From Lophium mytilinum (Eukaryota): a stretch of 64,000 nt of DNA. Shown one piece after another: positions 24,837 to 38,120 of the stretch; positions within the stretch are counted from its first letter, which is position 1; every line of letters starts with the position of its first letter. The notes under the pieces are model-generated. The model was not told where the DNA came from. It did not search any database and worked only from the letters and a program-made list of their open reading frames with translations. Where the stretch lies: the NCBI GenBank assembly GCA_010093605.1, contig MU004200.1, forward strand, positions 62,001 through 126,000, given 5' to 3'. Position numbers and translations under genes: made by a program.

Positions 24837-25255
24837 GGTGAGGAGTGAGGTAGCGTAATGCTACTCGGGGTGTTGTAGCAGCAATATACAAATCGGACAG
24901 TTCTCAACTTCTTGAAAATGGTCCAGGCAATAATGATTCACTTAACTGCTAGACCTCTGAAGTAGTGCAATGCGGTGTATATGGATGTCGCTGCCTTGTG
25001 AAGCTGACGACGAAGGTACAAATCTGTAAGGCGGGCGCAAAGCACTGACAGCCGCCCTTTTTGCGGGCCCCCTGCACTGACCCATGAGAAGCTCGCCGCC
25101 ACAACATCATCGAGTCCACCTCCAGCTTCATTCCTCCTGCACTGCACGACGATTCATTCACCATCCCCGCTCCACGACTTCAGTGACCATTCTGGAGTCC
25201 TTCTATACACTTCCGCTACCCAAGACCTACCGCGAAGGCCCGCAATTCACGCACG

Positions 25256-26125
25256 ATGGCTCAAACTCAACGAAGCAACCCCACCATCTCCACCAAGGTG
25301 CCGGAGGAAGTCGAGGCCTGTCTGCTGAAGACCCGATTCGTATGTGCCTCATCCATCCTTACCCTCGAATGCCTTAGTTGATGCATGAATCCCAGGTGAA
25401 TCTCGCCACAGTCAACGAGAACTTGCCGCACATTAGTCTCATGAACTACACCTACATCGACAACTCCCCCTACCATGCCGGCCCCATCGTCGCCATGACA
25501 TCCCCCCCTCAGTCGCGCAAGATCCACATCTTGCAGAAGAACCCGCACGTCGCACTATCCGCCCACGATTGGGTCAGCATGCGTCCGCTCGCTTACGGTA
25601 CTTCTCCTCCCATCCTCAGCTTTGTTCTCAACTTTTTCAGCAAGCTTTCGTCGACTTTCCGGCTTTTTCGTGCTTTACTGTTCGTATCAATCCACCCCCA
25701 CTAACATCAGCATCTCCTTTCTTTCCCTTACTTTACCCACTTCGTACACGTTACTAATGTAATTAGGACGTGAAACTGCTCCAGAACCGTCCGCTCTGAC
25801 CGCCCTCCTCCTTGGCATCAACAGCGCCTCGTTGTCCAAGATCTGTGTCACAATCAATGGCACTGCGTCCCTCGTCCCCGCCGGCTCCGAGCAAGAGAAG
25901 TGGTACAAAAAGCGCCACATGGAGAACAACGACTTCGCGGCCGAGCAGGCCAACGGACTTGCCTCAGAGGAGGCCCACGCCGCGTCCCCTGATGGTGGAA
26001 AGGAGTTCTACATCAAGGCTGAGGGAGTTCGCGTTATAGTGGTTAAAATCACGGGAGGTAGCACCGTCGACTGGCAGGGAGCCGAGCAGCGATGGGAGGT
26101 CCGCCAACTCACTAATGGTGCCTGA
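25256..26125 (+). CDS. Pyridoxamine 5'-phosphate oxidase-like (FMN-binding split barrel) protein
   Basis: VPEEVEACL..RF, LAT...PHISLMNYTY, KIHILQKNPHVALSAHDW, SKICVTINGTA and DWQG; two introns. Confidence 0.8.
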
Positions 26126-26906
26126 GGTCGACATAGGTCTAGTTCATAGGGCGGTGTTCATAGGGTAGCTTATGGGAGTTCATATTGGGACGAGGGAGCT
26201 ACGGTGATGAATTTCGGGGGTATATCCCGGGGGTGCTTCAACCCAGCGGCCAAGGGCCCAAAGAAGCAAAAAAGCGTATATAATTAATGATTAATGGAAA
26301 TGACATCTCCTTCTTCCGAATTCCCATCATGTCAGGGTTGCTTCAAGGTATTTTCAAAATGCCCCACCTATCCAGTAAGAAGTGTCTGAATCATGATGGT
26401 CTAACAACATCCGCGATCCAGACATCGCATTCTGGCTAGCTCTGATATGATACAACTGAGATCACTGCCAGAGCGCATGTCTATGCATTCTCGTTTGCCG
26501 CTGTTTGGGGTGCCCCCACGAGAATTACAAACGTGGGCGCGATGTCACGTTTCATGCGGTGAGAATTGGGCTACCTCTTAGCCGGACGACCTCCTAGATA
26601 TGGGGGCACTCCTAACAGTGGTGTTCAGCCTCCAAAGTGGTAGTCAATATAGGAAAATATAAAGGATTGAATTGTAGAGTTCGAATTTGGTGAAACTTTT
26701 GGCGGTTTTTGGAACCTGGCTCGCGGGAAAGCTTAGACCGAGCTATGACTAAATGTTTGCAAGCGTGGGGACTGAAAAGCAAAATCATCGCGCATGAACT
26801 ACATAATGTGGCCCACCCCCCTCACCTGTTCCAGGTGCTATCAACTCGGCAAACGTGACAATACAGGACCCTTTCCTGTCCTAATATTCACCCATAAGCT
26901 CACGCA

Positions 26907-29304
26907 ATGGGTGTCCCATCGACACAGGCGTCGAACGCTATCATCTACCTGACTTACGGCGCATTCTTGTTCGTATCCTATTCTACAGACACTGCACCAC
27001 TTGTAGGGCTATCTAACGGGCCCAATTGTAGGGTTACGGGTGTCTACATCGCATTCAGGCTCCGCCATCAGTCGAAAGGCGAATACTTGTCCAGCAATGG
27101 CACGCAGAAGGGTCAGGCGCATTTGCAGGCTTCTAGTCAGGAGAGCGACATCCCCAGCCGCTTCTCTTGCGAGCCTGGATAATCTATCCCCACCCAAAGA
27201 ATACCTGCTGACAGGCTTCAGGCATCCCGCTTGCTCTGAACTTTATCGCATCGGGTGAGTGCATGGGTATAACATCCTGAGCACTGGAAAGGAGCAGCGG
27301 CAGCATCGGTACATTACACGACGCACGACACGCACAATCACATCAGCAAGTACACTATGGGTGTAGACTAGATTGGGAGACTGGGAGATGTGATACCAGG
27401 TTCGTATTTGAGATCTCTCGCGGACACCTGCTCTGCAGAGAGCATCTGCGACCTCGTCCTCGGCTTCGTGCTGAGGGTGGGGTGACGTGAACTACCTGCA
27501 GAGCAGATCTGCGCGGCTACACTGCGGGCGCGGACTCAAAGCATAACCCGGATGTTTTCTCTCTTGCATTAGAGGGAGCACATCCAGTCTTGCTAAGATG
27601 AAGCTGAGAAGTACCGTAAGAACTCGATCAAGATAATACTTGCGTGAGGAACGTGCTGCCGCTCTTTTCCATACTCATTAACCCCATTCCCCTAATTTTA
27701 TTGTGGAAGCTGACCTAGGAATTTTGTTATCACAGCTCTCGGTTCTGGTATTCTCTTCTCCTACCCCGAGATCGCGACTATTTGCGGAGTACAAGGCTTG
27801 GTAGTATATGCCCTTTCGTCCTCACTTCCGCTTTTGGTCTTTGGTTGGTTGGGTCCCATTCTCCGACGGAAATGCCCCGAAGGCTTTGTGCTCACGGAGT
27901 GGACGAGGCAACGATACGGGGCGGTGACAGCCTTGTTTCTCAGTCTTTGCACGTAAGTGGCAGAGCTTGAACGCAAGAATGACGAAAACTCATTGTTGAA
28001 TCTAGTCTCATTACCCTGTTCCTCTACATGGTGGCCGAACTCTCTGCTATGCAGCAAATCGTCAATGTCTTGACTGGATTGGACGGACTGCCTGCAATCA
28101 TCGTTGAAGCCGTGGTTACAACCATCTACACCTGTACGAAAACGTACACCCCCTTCCTCTATGTTTACTAATATTCTCAGCCATTGGCGGCTTCCGTGTC
28201 TCCTTCATAACCGACAACATCCAAGGCGCCATGGTTGTGGGTCTCATCATTTTAGGCGTCATATCAGTCGGTGCTACTACCCATATCGACCGCAGTCTGA
28301 TCGCAGAATCTGGTTTCTTGAACTCCAGCCTCTTGGGCTGGCAGCTCGTCTACATTCTACCAGTTGCTGTTCTCACGAACGACTTTTTCATATCTGTGGG
28401 TCTTTCCTCTGCCCCTAAACCATTCCTGTCTTCTCTTCTAAGTTTCAAACAGGGCTTCTGGCTACGAACCTTTGCTTCCCGCACCGACAAGGATCTCTGG
28501 ATTGGCGTTATCATAGCTACGGTAGCTGTGACCATCATCCTTACTTTCGTTGGTAGTGCCGGCCTCCTCGCCGCCTGGTCTGGTGCCTGGCCCCTCGGCT
28601 CTTCAGACTCTGGATACCTGTCGCTCTTCCTCCTCCTCGGCCAGCTCCCGGCCTGGGTCGTAGGCGTAGTCCTCGTCATGGTCGTCTCCCTCTCTACCGC
28701 CGCCTTCGACTCCTTCCAGAGCGCCATGGTGAGCACAGGCTCCAACGACATTTTCCGCAATCGCCTCAACCTGTGGTTCATTCGTGGCTGTGTCGTAGTG
28801 ATCATCGTTCCAGTCGTCGTAGTCGCTTTAAAGAGCCCAGACATCCTCCAGATTTATCTGATCAGCGACCTCGTCAGCGCCGCGCTCGTTCCCGTCCTCA
28901 TTCTCGGACTCTCCGACTGGTTCTACTGGTGGCGCGGCTTTGAAGTCGTCGTCGGCGGTCTCGGCGGCATCCTCACCGTGTTCTTCTTCGGCCTAGTCTT
29001 CTACAAGGGCGATTCTCAATTGGCTGGGAATCTGCTCCTCCTCGAAGGTGGACTCTACGGCAATGACTGGAGTGCGTTTGGTGCCTTCATGGCTGCTCCC
29101 ATTGGTGGTCTCCTCTGGGGCTTCGGCGCTTGCGGACTTCGTCTCTTGACGCTGTTTGTCCTGGCTAAGGTTAAGGGACACAGGTTCGATGCTTTGGATC
29201 GGCCGGCGCCGCAGTTTCATCCTACTGATGCTGCGGCAGAGAGCGAGCAGGAGGCCGTGACTGAGCATCGGGCGGATACGAAGACGGATGGGAAGTTCTT
29301 CTAG
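26907..29304 (+). CDS. DUR31: Sodium:solute symporter of the DUR31/NCU01977 type; probable thiamine or thiamine-precursor transporter
   Basis: Spliced exons give IPLALNFIAS, LGSGILFSYPEIATI, CPEGFVLTEW..QRYG, GGFRVSFITDNIQG and FWLRTFASRTDKDLW. Intron 3 contains a TPP aptamer. Confidence 0.85.
27296..27663 (+). ncRNA. TPP riboswitch aptamer in intron 27255-27735, with a very long P3 insertion
   Basis: P1: AGCGGCAGCAT (27296-27306) pairs with GTGCTGCCGCT (27653-27663). P2: CGGTAC (27307-27312) pairs with GTACCG (27611-27616). J3/2 CTGAGA at 27604-27609. P4/P5: AACTCGATCAAGATAATACTTGCGTGAGGA. Confidence 0.92.
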
Positions 29305-30756
29305 GGTCTTTCTGAGTTGAGGGAGAAGATTGTGGGACGATCCCGTAGGTGGGTGGTAGCTGGGAGGGAAGTATATAAGCTGGGATGGGAGTGGTGGAGT
29401 GTCGTTTGACATCTGCGTGTCTCAGACGATGGTAGCGGGCTGGTAGTTAGTGTAAATTGCAATGCTTGCGAGGAGGAGAGTCGTTGTTAATTAGAAGACA
29501 CTGCTTTTAGTTATCTATCAGTATGGTATGGATGCAGTAGAGTGTGTTGATCCATATGCAAAGGCGTGAGTTTACTTCTGAACGAGTACTCCAGTAGCCC
29601 TGACGCGATGGAGTAATCTGTTCTTGTGAAGTAATATTTACTACTCTCACTTGAAATACTACCTTGGTTGGGGGATACGTTGGAAGTGCAGAATGTAAAG
29701 CAGAACGGAAATCAGGTGCCGTAGGTAGATATTCTTAGATCCTGTCTCACTGTCAACTCTATGCCATCGAGGTGAACATGATCATAAGAACGTAGCTACG
29801 AAGTTTTCCTGTCCAAAAAGCTTATGGTCTACTCTCAAGAGTCATAGAGTCATAGCATTAAACGCGAGATACCTCGATTGTAGTAGTCAAGTCTATAATT
29901 GAAGGATTGATCATTGTCTTCGGAGGAGTAGATCGGCCCGAAGTGCCAGGAGCTGCGCCGAAGCTGCTCCCAGCACCACCGAATATTTCTTTACGTTCAT
30001 TGGCTGAAACGATCCCGAAAAGCTTCGCAGCGGAGTTCCGCCTTAGATTTCCGCCGCCGCCGCCTAGCCCCTGCATCAACGCATGTAACTCGGAAAGCAT
30101 CTGACTTCGCGTCTTCAATTGTACGCCTATCTCGACTTCAGAACACAGTCACCGTGGAACTCCACCAAAGGGCCCTGTACCGCCCTTTTCACACGCCCTT
30201 CAATACTGAAGCAGCATGACTTCGTGTCATCGACGCGTGAAGGTGTTTGTACTAATGCTGCGTCCGGTGGTATGATCGCCGGGACTCGGGACAATTTCTT
30301 GCTCGAAGTGCAGCCAAGCAACCTCTTTGCATAGCCGGGCAATCTTCCTTCCCGTGGATCCCCAGTTTTCCTCGTTCCGATGACTTGGCGCCACCACTTT
30401 ATCTCACGACGCCTCGGCAGATCAGTACTCTACCTCACTTCTTCAGCGACTTGTTACCAACCAGCATAGAGAGCACTATACGCACCAAATACTGCGGACG
30501 GCATTATGAACCATTAACGGCGAAAAAGGGCGGAGCTACTGGTTTGGAAGGTAGCTCAATTGGGACTTGCATTATTAATACAGCATTATACATTAGCAAC
30601 AGAGCACTACTATATCTATACCTTTGTACCCCCCGAGTAACCACATCAACCAGCTTCCTCTCTCATCTCTCCTATCTCATTAGATCTCATTACCTAGTCT
30701 CTCTTCTCGAAGCTGCACTGCCCATCTTCTTCAACACTCTGCCGCAATTTTTCATC

Positions 30757-32139
30757 ATGGCTCCTATTCGCTTTACGTCCACCCCAACCTCAGCCGCCCC
30801 TCTGGCGCAACCTCTCGAGTTTTCTTTCTCGGGCCGCACCGCGCCCAACCGCCTCCTCAAAGCTGCCATGTCCGAGACTATGGCCTCCTACACGCCGGAG
30901 AATCACAGCACCCATGGCATTCCCTCGGACGAACTCATCAAGCTCTACGAGGCTTGGGGCGAGGGCGGGTACGGACAGATACTAACCGGCAACGTAATGC
31001 TGTTTGACAATCAGCTCGAGGGGCCGGGAAACCCGGTCATTGCGCCAGACGCCGAGTTTGAAGGGGAGAGGTTTGAGAAGTTCAAGACGTTGGCTACAGG
31101 CGCGAAGAAATATGGAAGCTTGATTGTGGCACAAGTGAGCCACCCGGGCCGGCAGGTGGACCAGAAAGTCAATCCGCATCCTATTAGCGCAAGCGATGTG
31201 GCCCTGGAAGGCAAGTTTTCCTTCACTTCCAATACCCAGGCTATGCAACCATCACGGTTCTCCGTTAGGAAGTATGTCAATATATACTCACCAAGCTAAC
31301 ACCACCCAGGTGCCAAACTGGGCCGCACCTTCGCCAAACCCCGCCCAGCCACAGAATCCGACCTCGCAGAGATCGCATCCGCCTTCGCCCACGCCGCCGA
31401 GTTCCTCGAGAAAGCCGGCTTCGACGGCATAGAACTGCACGGCGCGCACGGCTACCTCATCGCCCAGTTCCTCTCTCTGACCACCAACACCCGCACCGAC
31501 AAGTACGGCGGCTCGCTCGCAAACCGCATGCGCTTCCTGCTCGAAATCGCCGCCGCAATCAAGGCACGCGTCTCGCCCGCCTTCGTCCTCGGCATCAAGA
31601 TCAACAGCGTCGAGTTCCAAACCGGCGGCTTCACGCCCGCCGAAGCAGCCCTTCTCGTTACCGAGCTAGAGAAGGCAGAGTTTGATTACGTCGAGCTCAG
31701 CGGCGGCACCTACGAGACCATTCTACAGACGTTTAGGCACCAGCGTGAAAGCACCCGCATCCGCGAGGGCTTCTTCGTCGACTTTGCGGAGCAGATTCTG
31801 AAGCCGCTGACCAAGACGAAGGGATATGTCACCGGCGGGTTCAAGACGACGGGCGCGATGGTGAAGGCGCTCGAGACGGGGGTGGATGGGATTGGGCTGG
31901 GGCGGCCCACGTGTCATGAGATGGCATTTGGGAAGGACTTGCTCGAGGGGAGGATTAGTGGTGCGATTAAGGTGCACCTGGATGAGGGCGACTTTGCGTC
32001 GACGGCAGCAGCGGCGGGGACGAATCTGAAGAGGGTGAGTCAGGGAGAGGAGGTACTTGATTTCAGTGACGAGGAGTTCGTGAAGGGGTGGTTGGTGAAG
32101 TTTGCGGCAATGATGAAGGGGGCGGGGGTGGAAGCATGA
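30757..32139 (+). CDS. NADH:flavin oxidoreductase / Old Yellow Enzyme family
   Basis: NRLLKAAMSE, AQVSHPGRQ, AGFDGIELHGAHGYLIAQFLS...NTRTDKYGGSLANR and GIKINSVEFQ. A GC-AG intron at 31211-31309 joins the two frames. Confidence 0.9.
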
Positions 32140-32852
32140 TTGAGTGGAGCGGAAATAATTGGGAGGCATCCCGCGGTGGAAGCATGATTCGATGGGAGTG
32201 GAGATGAATTAGGGGATGCTAGGCAAGCAGCGGAAACTCCGATTCGGCAGGACTTGATTTAGACGTCGAAGTGTGGTCCGTTGGTTATGTCCAGCATTCT
32301 ATGTTTGGAATGTTCATGGGACCCAGATTCCGCGAAAATAACAGGAAGAGTAGGCTGGACCTTGGATTGATAGATGAGAAAAATGCGCATACTTTTGAGC
32401 TTTACAACATGCCCGATATTACGATGTGCGTATACCGAGTTCATATGGGTGTTTTATGAGCTGACTGTAACGAGTTCCTTGGTTGTAGAGATAACACTTT
32501 GGGGTATGGGTCTATTTTCCGCACTGACTACACAACTGTGGTACGCTTACGTCTCGACTCTGGAAACCAGAGCACCACAACTCCACACCATGGTTCACAA
32601 TTCGTATACGTGGCACAATACTACAAATGAGTATATAAGCCCACATTTTCCCCAGATTTTTCTTATCTCTACTTTACTCACATACCAACCCAAGTCACCT
32701 TCTATCGGGCACCTCTGCTGATAGAGCTTCGAGAACACATAGACACCACTCCTTACTACACTCTACTGCCAACTACTCCGGCACCCACTGCTCTGCTCCA
32801 CTACCAGCTACCAACAAGGACCGCCAACCACGACAAGCCACTTGTCATCACC

Positions 32853-34517
32853 ATGGCGTCCGAAAAGACCAGCCTGGCAGATAAAGCCTCCGCAACCGTC
32901 GAAATGCGCGAGGACACTTCTTCCACACCACCAAACACCATCCGCCCCGTCAACTCTCAAACTCTCCCCGTCACCACCGCTAACCCCTCCTCTACTCCGT
33001 CCACCGACCCCAACACCGTCAGGGCCGCTGTGCTCAGAGAAGAAGAATGCTACAACAGCCTCGCCTATGCCTACCCCACGCGCAAGAAATGGATCATCCT
33101 CACCGTCATGGGCCTCGTCCAAATCAGCATGAACTACAACGCCGCCGTCTTCTCCAACGCTGTCCAACCAATCGCCAAAGACTTCAACGTGTCTGAAGAC
33201 TACGTCCGCAAAGGCCAGATGATCTTCCTCCTCTCCTACGCCTTCGGCTGCGAGCTGTGGGCGCCGTGGAGCGAGGAACTCGGACGCAAGAACGTGCTGC
33301 AAGCCTCGCTAGGCCTCGTCAACATCTGGCAGATCTTGTGCGCGACGTCCAGAGGCGTACCGCAGATCCTCGCCGGCCGCTTCCTCGGGGGCTTGTCCAG
33401 TGCAGGCGGTAGTGTGACGCTGGGGATCGTGGCGGACATGTTCGAGCCGGATCGCCAGCAATACGCTGTTGCGTTCGTTGTGCTTACCAGTTGCGGAGGT
33501 AGTGTCGTCGGCCCTGTTGTCGGTGGCTTCATCCAGCAGCATCTCCACTGGCGCTGGAATTTCTGGATCCAGCTAATCATCGGCGCCGCTGTGCAACTTA
33601 TCCATCTCTTCTGCGTCCCTGAAACCCGTAGCAGCGTCCTTCTCGACCGCGAAGCAAAGAAGCTCCGAAAGCGTGGCATTAAAGAGGTATATGGTCCCAA
33701 CGAAGGTCGTAGCTGGCGCCAACGCTTCACTGTCCGCGAAGTCTGCAAAATCTGGGCCCGGCCGTTCGTCATGTTCTGCAGAGAGCCCATCGTCTTGTGC
33801 CTCTCGCTCCTCTCCGGTTTCAGCGACGCCCTCATCTTCACATTCCTCGAATCATACGGCTACACCTTCGAGCAATGGCACTTCTCTCCCATCCAGCTCG
33901 GTCTCGCTTTCATCCCGCTGCTCGTCGGCTATGTGATCGCATACTTCATGTTCTTCCCCTTCTTCAAGAAGCAGCAAGCCCTCATGATCCGGAGCGGCAC
34001 CGACGCCCTCGTCCCAGAACAGCGTCTCAAACTCCTCCTCTTTCTGGCGCCCCTCCTCTTCATCGGCATGTTTGGCTTCGCCTGGTCAGCTACTGGTCCG
34101 CCAATCCCCTGGGCGGTGCCATTGGCCATCTCCATCCTCATCGGCATGGCTAACCTCGCCATCTACATGGCCACCATCGACTACATGGTCGCCGCCTACG
34201 GGCCCTACGCCTCCTCCGCAACCGGCGGCAATGGATTTGCTAGGGATCTCCTCGCCGGTCTCAGTGCCTTGTATGCGAAACCACTGTACCACAACATTGG
34301 GCCCAAGGGGCTGCGTCTGCAGGCTGCGAGCACGCTGTTGGCCGGCGTGGCGATAGCCGTCGTGATACCGATTTACATCTTCTACTGGTATGGCCCCTGG
34401 ATCCGGAGCAAGAGCCACTTTGCGAAGAAGGTCGAGGCGGATCGACGTGCGAGAATGGGCGAGTCGGGATCGCTACCTGTGACGGAGACGTCAGGGGCGG
34501 AGGTGACGCAGCTCTAA
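32853..34517 (+). CDS. MFS DHA1-family multidrug transporter (intronless, 554 aa)
   Basis: WAPWSEELGRK, GRFLGGLSSAGGSV, WRWNFW, VPETR and PEQRL motifs; 12 TM segments. Confidence 0.92.
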   Translation: MASEKTSLADKASATVEMREDTSSTPPNTIRPVNSQTLPVTTANPSSTPSTDPNTVRAAVLREEECYNSLAYAYPTRKKWIILTVMGLVQISMNYNAAVFSNAVQPIAKDFNVSEDYVRKGQMIFLLSYAFGCELWAPWSEELGRKNVLQASLGLVNIWQILCATSRGVPQILAGRFLGGLSSAGGSVTLGIVADMFEPDRQQYAVAFVVLTSCGGSVVGPVVGGFIQQHLHWRWNFWIQLIIGAAVQLIHLFCVPETRSSVLLDREAKKLRKRGIKEVYGPNEGRSWRQRFTVREVCKIWARPFVMFCREPIVLCLSLLSGFSDALIFTFLESYGYTFEQWHFSPIQLGLAFIPLLVGYVIAYFMFFPFFKKQQALMIRSGTDALVPEQRLKLLLFLAPLLFIGMFGFAWSATGPPIPWAVPLAISILIGMANLAIYMATIDYMVAAYGPYASSATGGNGFARDLLAGLSALYAKPLYHNIGPKGLRLQAASTLLAGVAIAVVIPIYIFYWYGPWIRSKSHFAKKVEADRRARMGESGSLPVTETSGAEVTQL

Positions 34518-36812
34518 TGCCCATCCCCATCTTGAGCCTTGCTGGAAGCATTTTGGACTTCTAGACTTCTGGACTTCTGAGCTTCTGGAAGGACTTACCG
34601 ATCGCACTTTTTCATTATCATCACTGTCCTCTGCTTCCTCGTTCCACCGAGCGCGCCTTCAACCTCACCACGACACTCGACCGACAACAAAACCAAGCAT
34701 CAAAATACATGAATTCACACTACCGGCCGGGCGATGACGCACCCCTATCTCGAGAGAGAGGGGCCTGCTGAGCCTGGCTGGCTGCCTTGCGATTCCTGCG
34801 ATCTGTTGCGTTTTTTTCCCACATCCCCATTTCCCCCGTTCCCGTTCCACTCTCGCTTCCCTTCGAAAGGATTCTAAGCGACCCAACCCATTCCCCCCCT
34901 TACTCCACCAACCCCCCCATCCCTACCAATCCCCAATCCCTACCAATCCCGCCATCCCCACCAACAAAACCCACGCACGCCACGCACGGAAAAACGTCCC
35001 TCCAGACCCTCCCCGCTAGGCGCTCACGCGCCCGCCCCCGGGGTCGACGCCGCTAGCGGCGCGTAATCCCCGGAGGAAAGAAGCCAACCGATAGCAGTAA
35101 ACCCATACTGCAACAGACGCCTGAATCGCGTCCTTGGCATGTTTTAGCGCGGAGGCACTCTGGAGGTACCGAGTACCGTGTTCGCGACGCTTACCTTGGA
35201 ACGCGCCCTAGGGGGGGCGCCCGGCCTCGGTAGCTGAGTGAATCGTGGCGCGCGTGGGAGCTTCGCTGGATAGGTTTGAGAGGAGAGCGTGGAGATAGAG
35301 GAGGGAGAGTTGGAAGATAAGAAACCAAGAACAAAAGGAGGGCGAGAGGAGGAGTGACTGTAGGACTTACTCCAATCTCACATTTGCGATGATTTTCCTT
35401 GTGCGATTTTCGTTTATTACCTTGTTATCCTGATTACCGAGGAGGAGGGACTGTAGTACTCCTGTTCGCATTTTGCGAATTTTCGTGTGCGATGTTCCTC
35501 TGTTCCGTGTTATCCTGACCACCGACTAGGAGGCCTTGTGTGTCCAATTTCCTGAAGTTTTTTCTCTTTTCCAGGAGGGGTGCGCGGTGGTATGCTTCAA
35601 AGTTCCCCCGAACCTCAGAGACAGGCGACTCATCGCCCGCCCCCGGATCATGGTCACGGGTGCACGCACAAGCTGCTCCGTCGGATCCGGAGGAAAGAAG
35701 CCAGCAGATATTCCGCTTCCTCCCGTTTCTGGAAAGAGAGTGGTGACAGGCCTCCCACGAGGTCCTTGGCATGAGATTTTGTCTCGGAGGCACTCGGGGG
35801 AACAACACTGGCAATATAGCCTTTGTGCGTCGCAGGCGTTTTGGAAATTAGCGCATTAGCGCAGTGATCTTTCTTTTGTTGGGACGGGTCGGTTTGGTGG
35901 GGTTTCTGTCTACTCACGTTTGCGAATTATGGTTGGGGTTCGGAGAGTTTGGAAGAGTGATACTCCGTTGGTTTTGTGTTGGATCGAGGAGGGTGGTCTT
36001 TTTCTTTTCTGGCAAAGCTTGCCTTGGATGGTATCGCGGTCGTTCTTTTTTCTGAGCATGTACCTGTCTGCTGTGTTCTCGTGCTTGTGGGAATTAAAAA
36101 GAATGGTCTGTTTAGATGGGTTGGGTAGATGGAAATAGGTGCTCTGGGTTTTACGTCATTTCTGCTCGCTGAAGGCCCCAGTCTTTTGGAAGCCTGGTTT
36201 AGAAAGGGAACACACCGTCTCGGTCGCTCGGCTTTTGGTATATGTGCGTAGTGTTTTCTGTCCCACGGTTTGGAATTATAGCCGGTTTTGAATGTTGTTA
36301 TTCATACTTTAGTTCAGTCGCTTTTGCTCGTGGGGGGAAGGGGACGTGGCGAGGAAGGGGGAGAGATGGGGGCAATAGGATAAATAGATGCAATAGAGCG
36401 CTGAGTCGCACACTTGCCAGCCACTCCTTCGTTGTCATGACGCTGTGAAGGTAAAGGAATCTGCGACCCCTTATGAAGAGTAGGCTAGTAGTTGAAGGCT
36501 GGTAACATATCGCTAGACTCATGATTTCGAGGGCTTATCCTATCTCTGGAGAACTCACCGTAGAAGTTTGTCCGTTGGTAGCATTTCTGCGAATGGCAGG
36601 TCAGCTTTGGATGCTGCAAAGTGCTGATAGTTCATGCCGTAGTGTCTTAAATATCTTGATATGTTTCATTCTGTACAGACGGGTGATGTTGAAATATCTG
36701 TAAATGCGTCCAGACGTCCATGATGACAGAAATCCCATCTATGCCTACCTACCAAACCAACGCCAAGCAATGCAGTTGAAGTAATTACCCAAGAAGCAGC
36801 TCTTTAACACAA

Positions 36813-38120
36813 CTATACAGTTTTCTCTGCCCCTAGCGCACCAGCCATGTCCGCTAGCGCAGTCTCACTCTTCCTTGCCCTCTTCTTGAGTACGTTCTCA
36901 ATAAAGGCCTCGCCGGCTTTGTAGCTACTCCTAACAAGTGGGCCACTGGCACAGTACAGGAATCCAAGGTCGAGAGCGCGCTGTCGCCAGAGCTCGAAGG
37001 TGGCTGGTGTGACGTATTCCTCGACTTTCATGTGTTTTTTCGTTGGGCGCATGTACTGTCCGAAGGTTACGACGTCGACGTCAACTTTGCGGAGTTCTGC
37101 GAGTACGTTAGTTCCATCGTTTCTTCAACTCGTAACATGATATAAGTGGGCAGAGTAAGAGTGCTGACCTTTCAACGCATCCCAGATTTGATCCTCCCTC
37201 TCCCCAAAACCTAGCATGATGCTCGTTTTAGTGATCAAACCCGGCTTCTCGTCCTTCGCCGCCTTCAGCACCCTCAGGCTCTGCCTGAAGTCCGCCCGCC
37301 GGTCCCTAACCATCGGACTCAGCGCCTCCACAGTCTCCACATTGTGCGCATACACATCCAACCCACTCCGTGCCACCAGCGCCACCATCTCCAAATCCCC
37401 CGCATAATCCCCCGTCAACGCCTCCACCAGCATCGTCGGCGCCTTCTGCTTAATCTTCATGATCGTCTCCGCGAAATGCCGCGCGCCCCCATCCGCCAAA
37501 TCATCCCGATCCACGCTCGTCAGCACCACATAGCCCAGCCCCCACCGCTTCAGCGCCTCGGCCGTGTTCTCCGGCTCGTGCGGATCCAGCGGCGCGGGTG
37601 CCTTGTTCGTCTTCACGCTGCAGAAACGGCACCCGCGCGTGCACGTATCTCCCATCAGCATGATCGTGGCCGTGGCCGCCGCTTTGTCACTGCCGCCCCA
37701 GCAGTCGGAGATGTTGGGGCACCGCGCCTCTTCGCACACGGTGTGCAGCCCCAGCCCGCGCAGGTCGTGCTTTATCTTTTTGAAGTTCTCGCCGACCGGG
37801 ACCGGCGTCTTTAGCCATTCGGGTAGCCGTGTGATTTGGCGTTTCTTTCCTGCTGGCCCGACCATGGCGGTGCGCAGTTCTAGGGATTCGGATATGCCTA
37901 GCACTTCGTCTTTGCCGCCGACGAAGTCGTCGAAAGAGGGGACTTTGGAGTCTTTGAAGTAGGAGGGGCGAGAGGGTTTGGAGGTAGAGCTGTGAGGTGT
38001 AGTTGCGGATTCGTTTCTTGTGGTGGCAAAGGATCGCGAGGGGGTCGTGAGGCCGCGGGAAGAGATGAGAAGACGAGGAGAGGCAGCTAGGCGGCCGCAG
38101 CGGCAGAGGGAGGTCGCCAT
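36813..38120 (-). CDS. LIP5: Mitochondrial lipoyl synthase (radical SAM)
   Basis: [12 protein letters not shown] and CTRGCRFC cluster motifs, GQYMRPT and SGPLVRSSY; basic mitochondrial-type presequence; one intron at about 37097-37169. Confidence 0.96.

Noticed and set aside
32128..32189. 14-bp direct repeat GTGGAAGCATGATT across the OYE stop codon
   Set aside because: Probably a small local duplication in the 3' UTR with no further structure.
34555..34596. GACTTCT(A/G) short tandem repeat
   Set aside because: Ordinary degenerate minisatellite in a 3' UTR.
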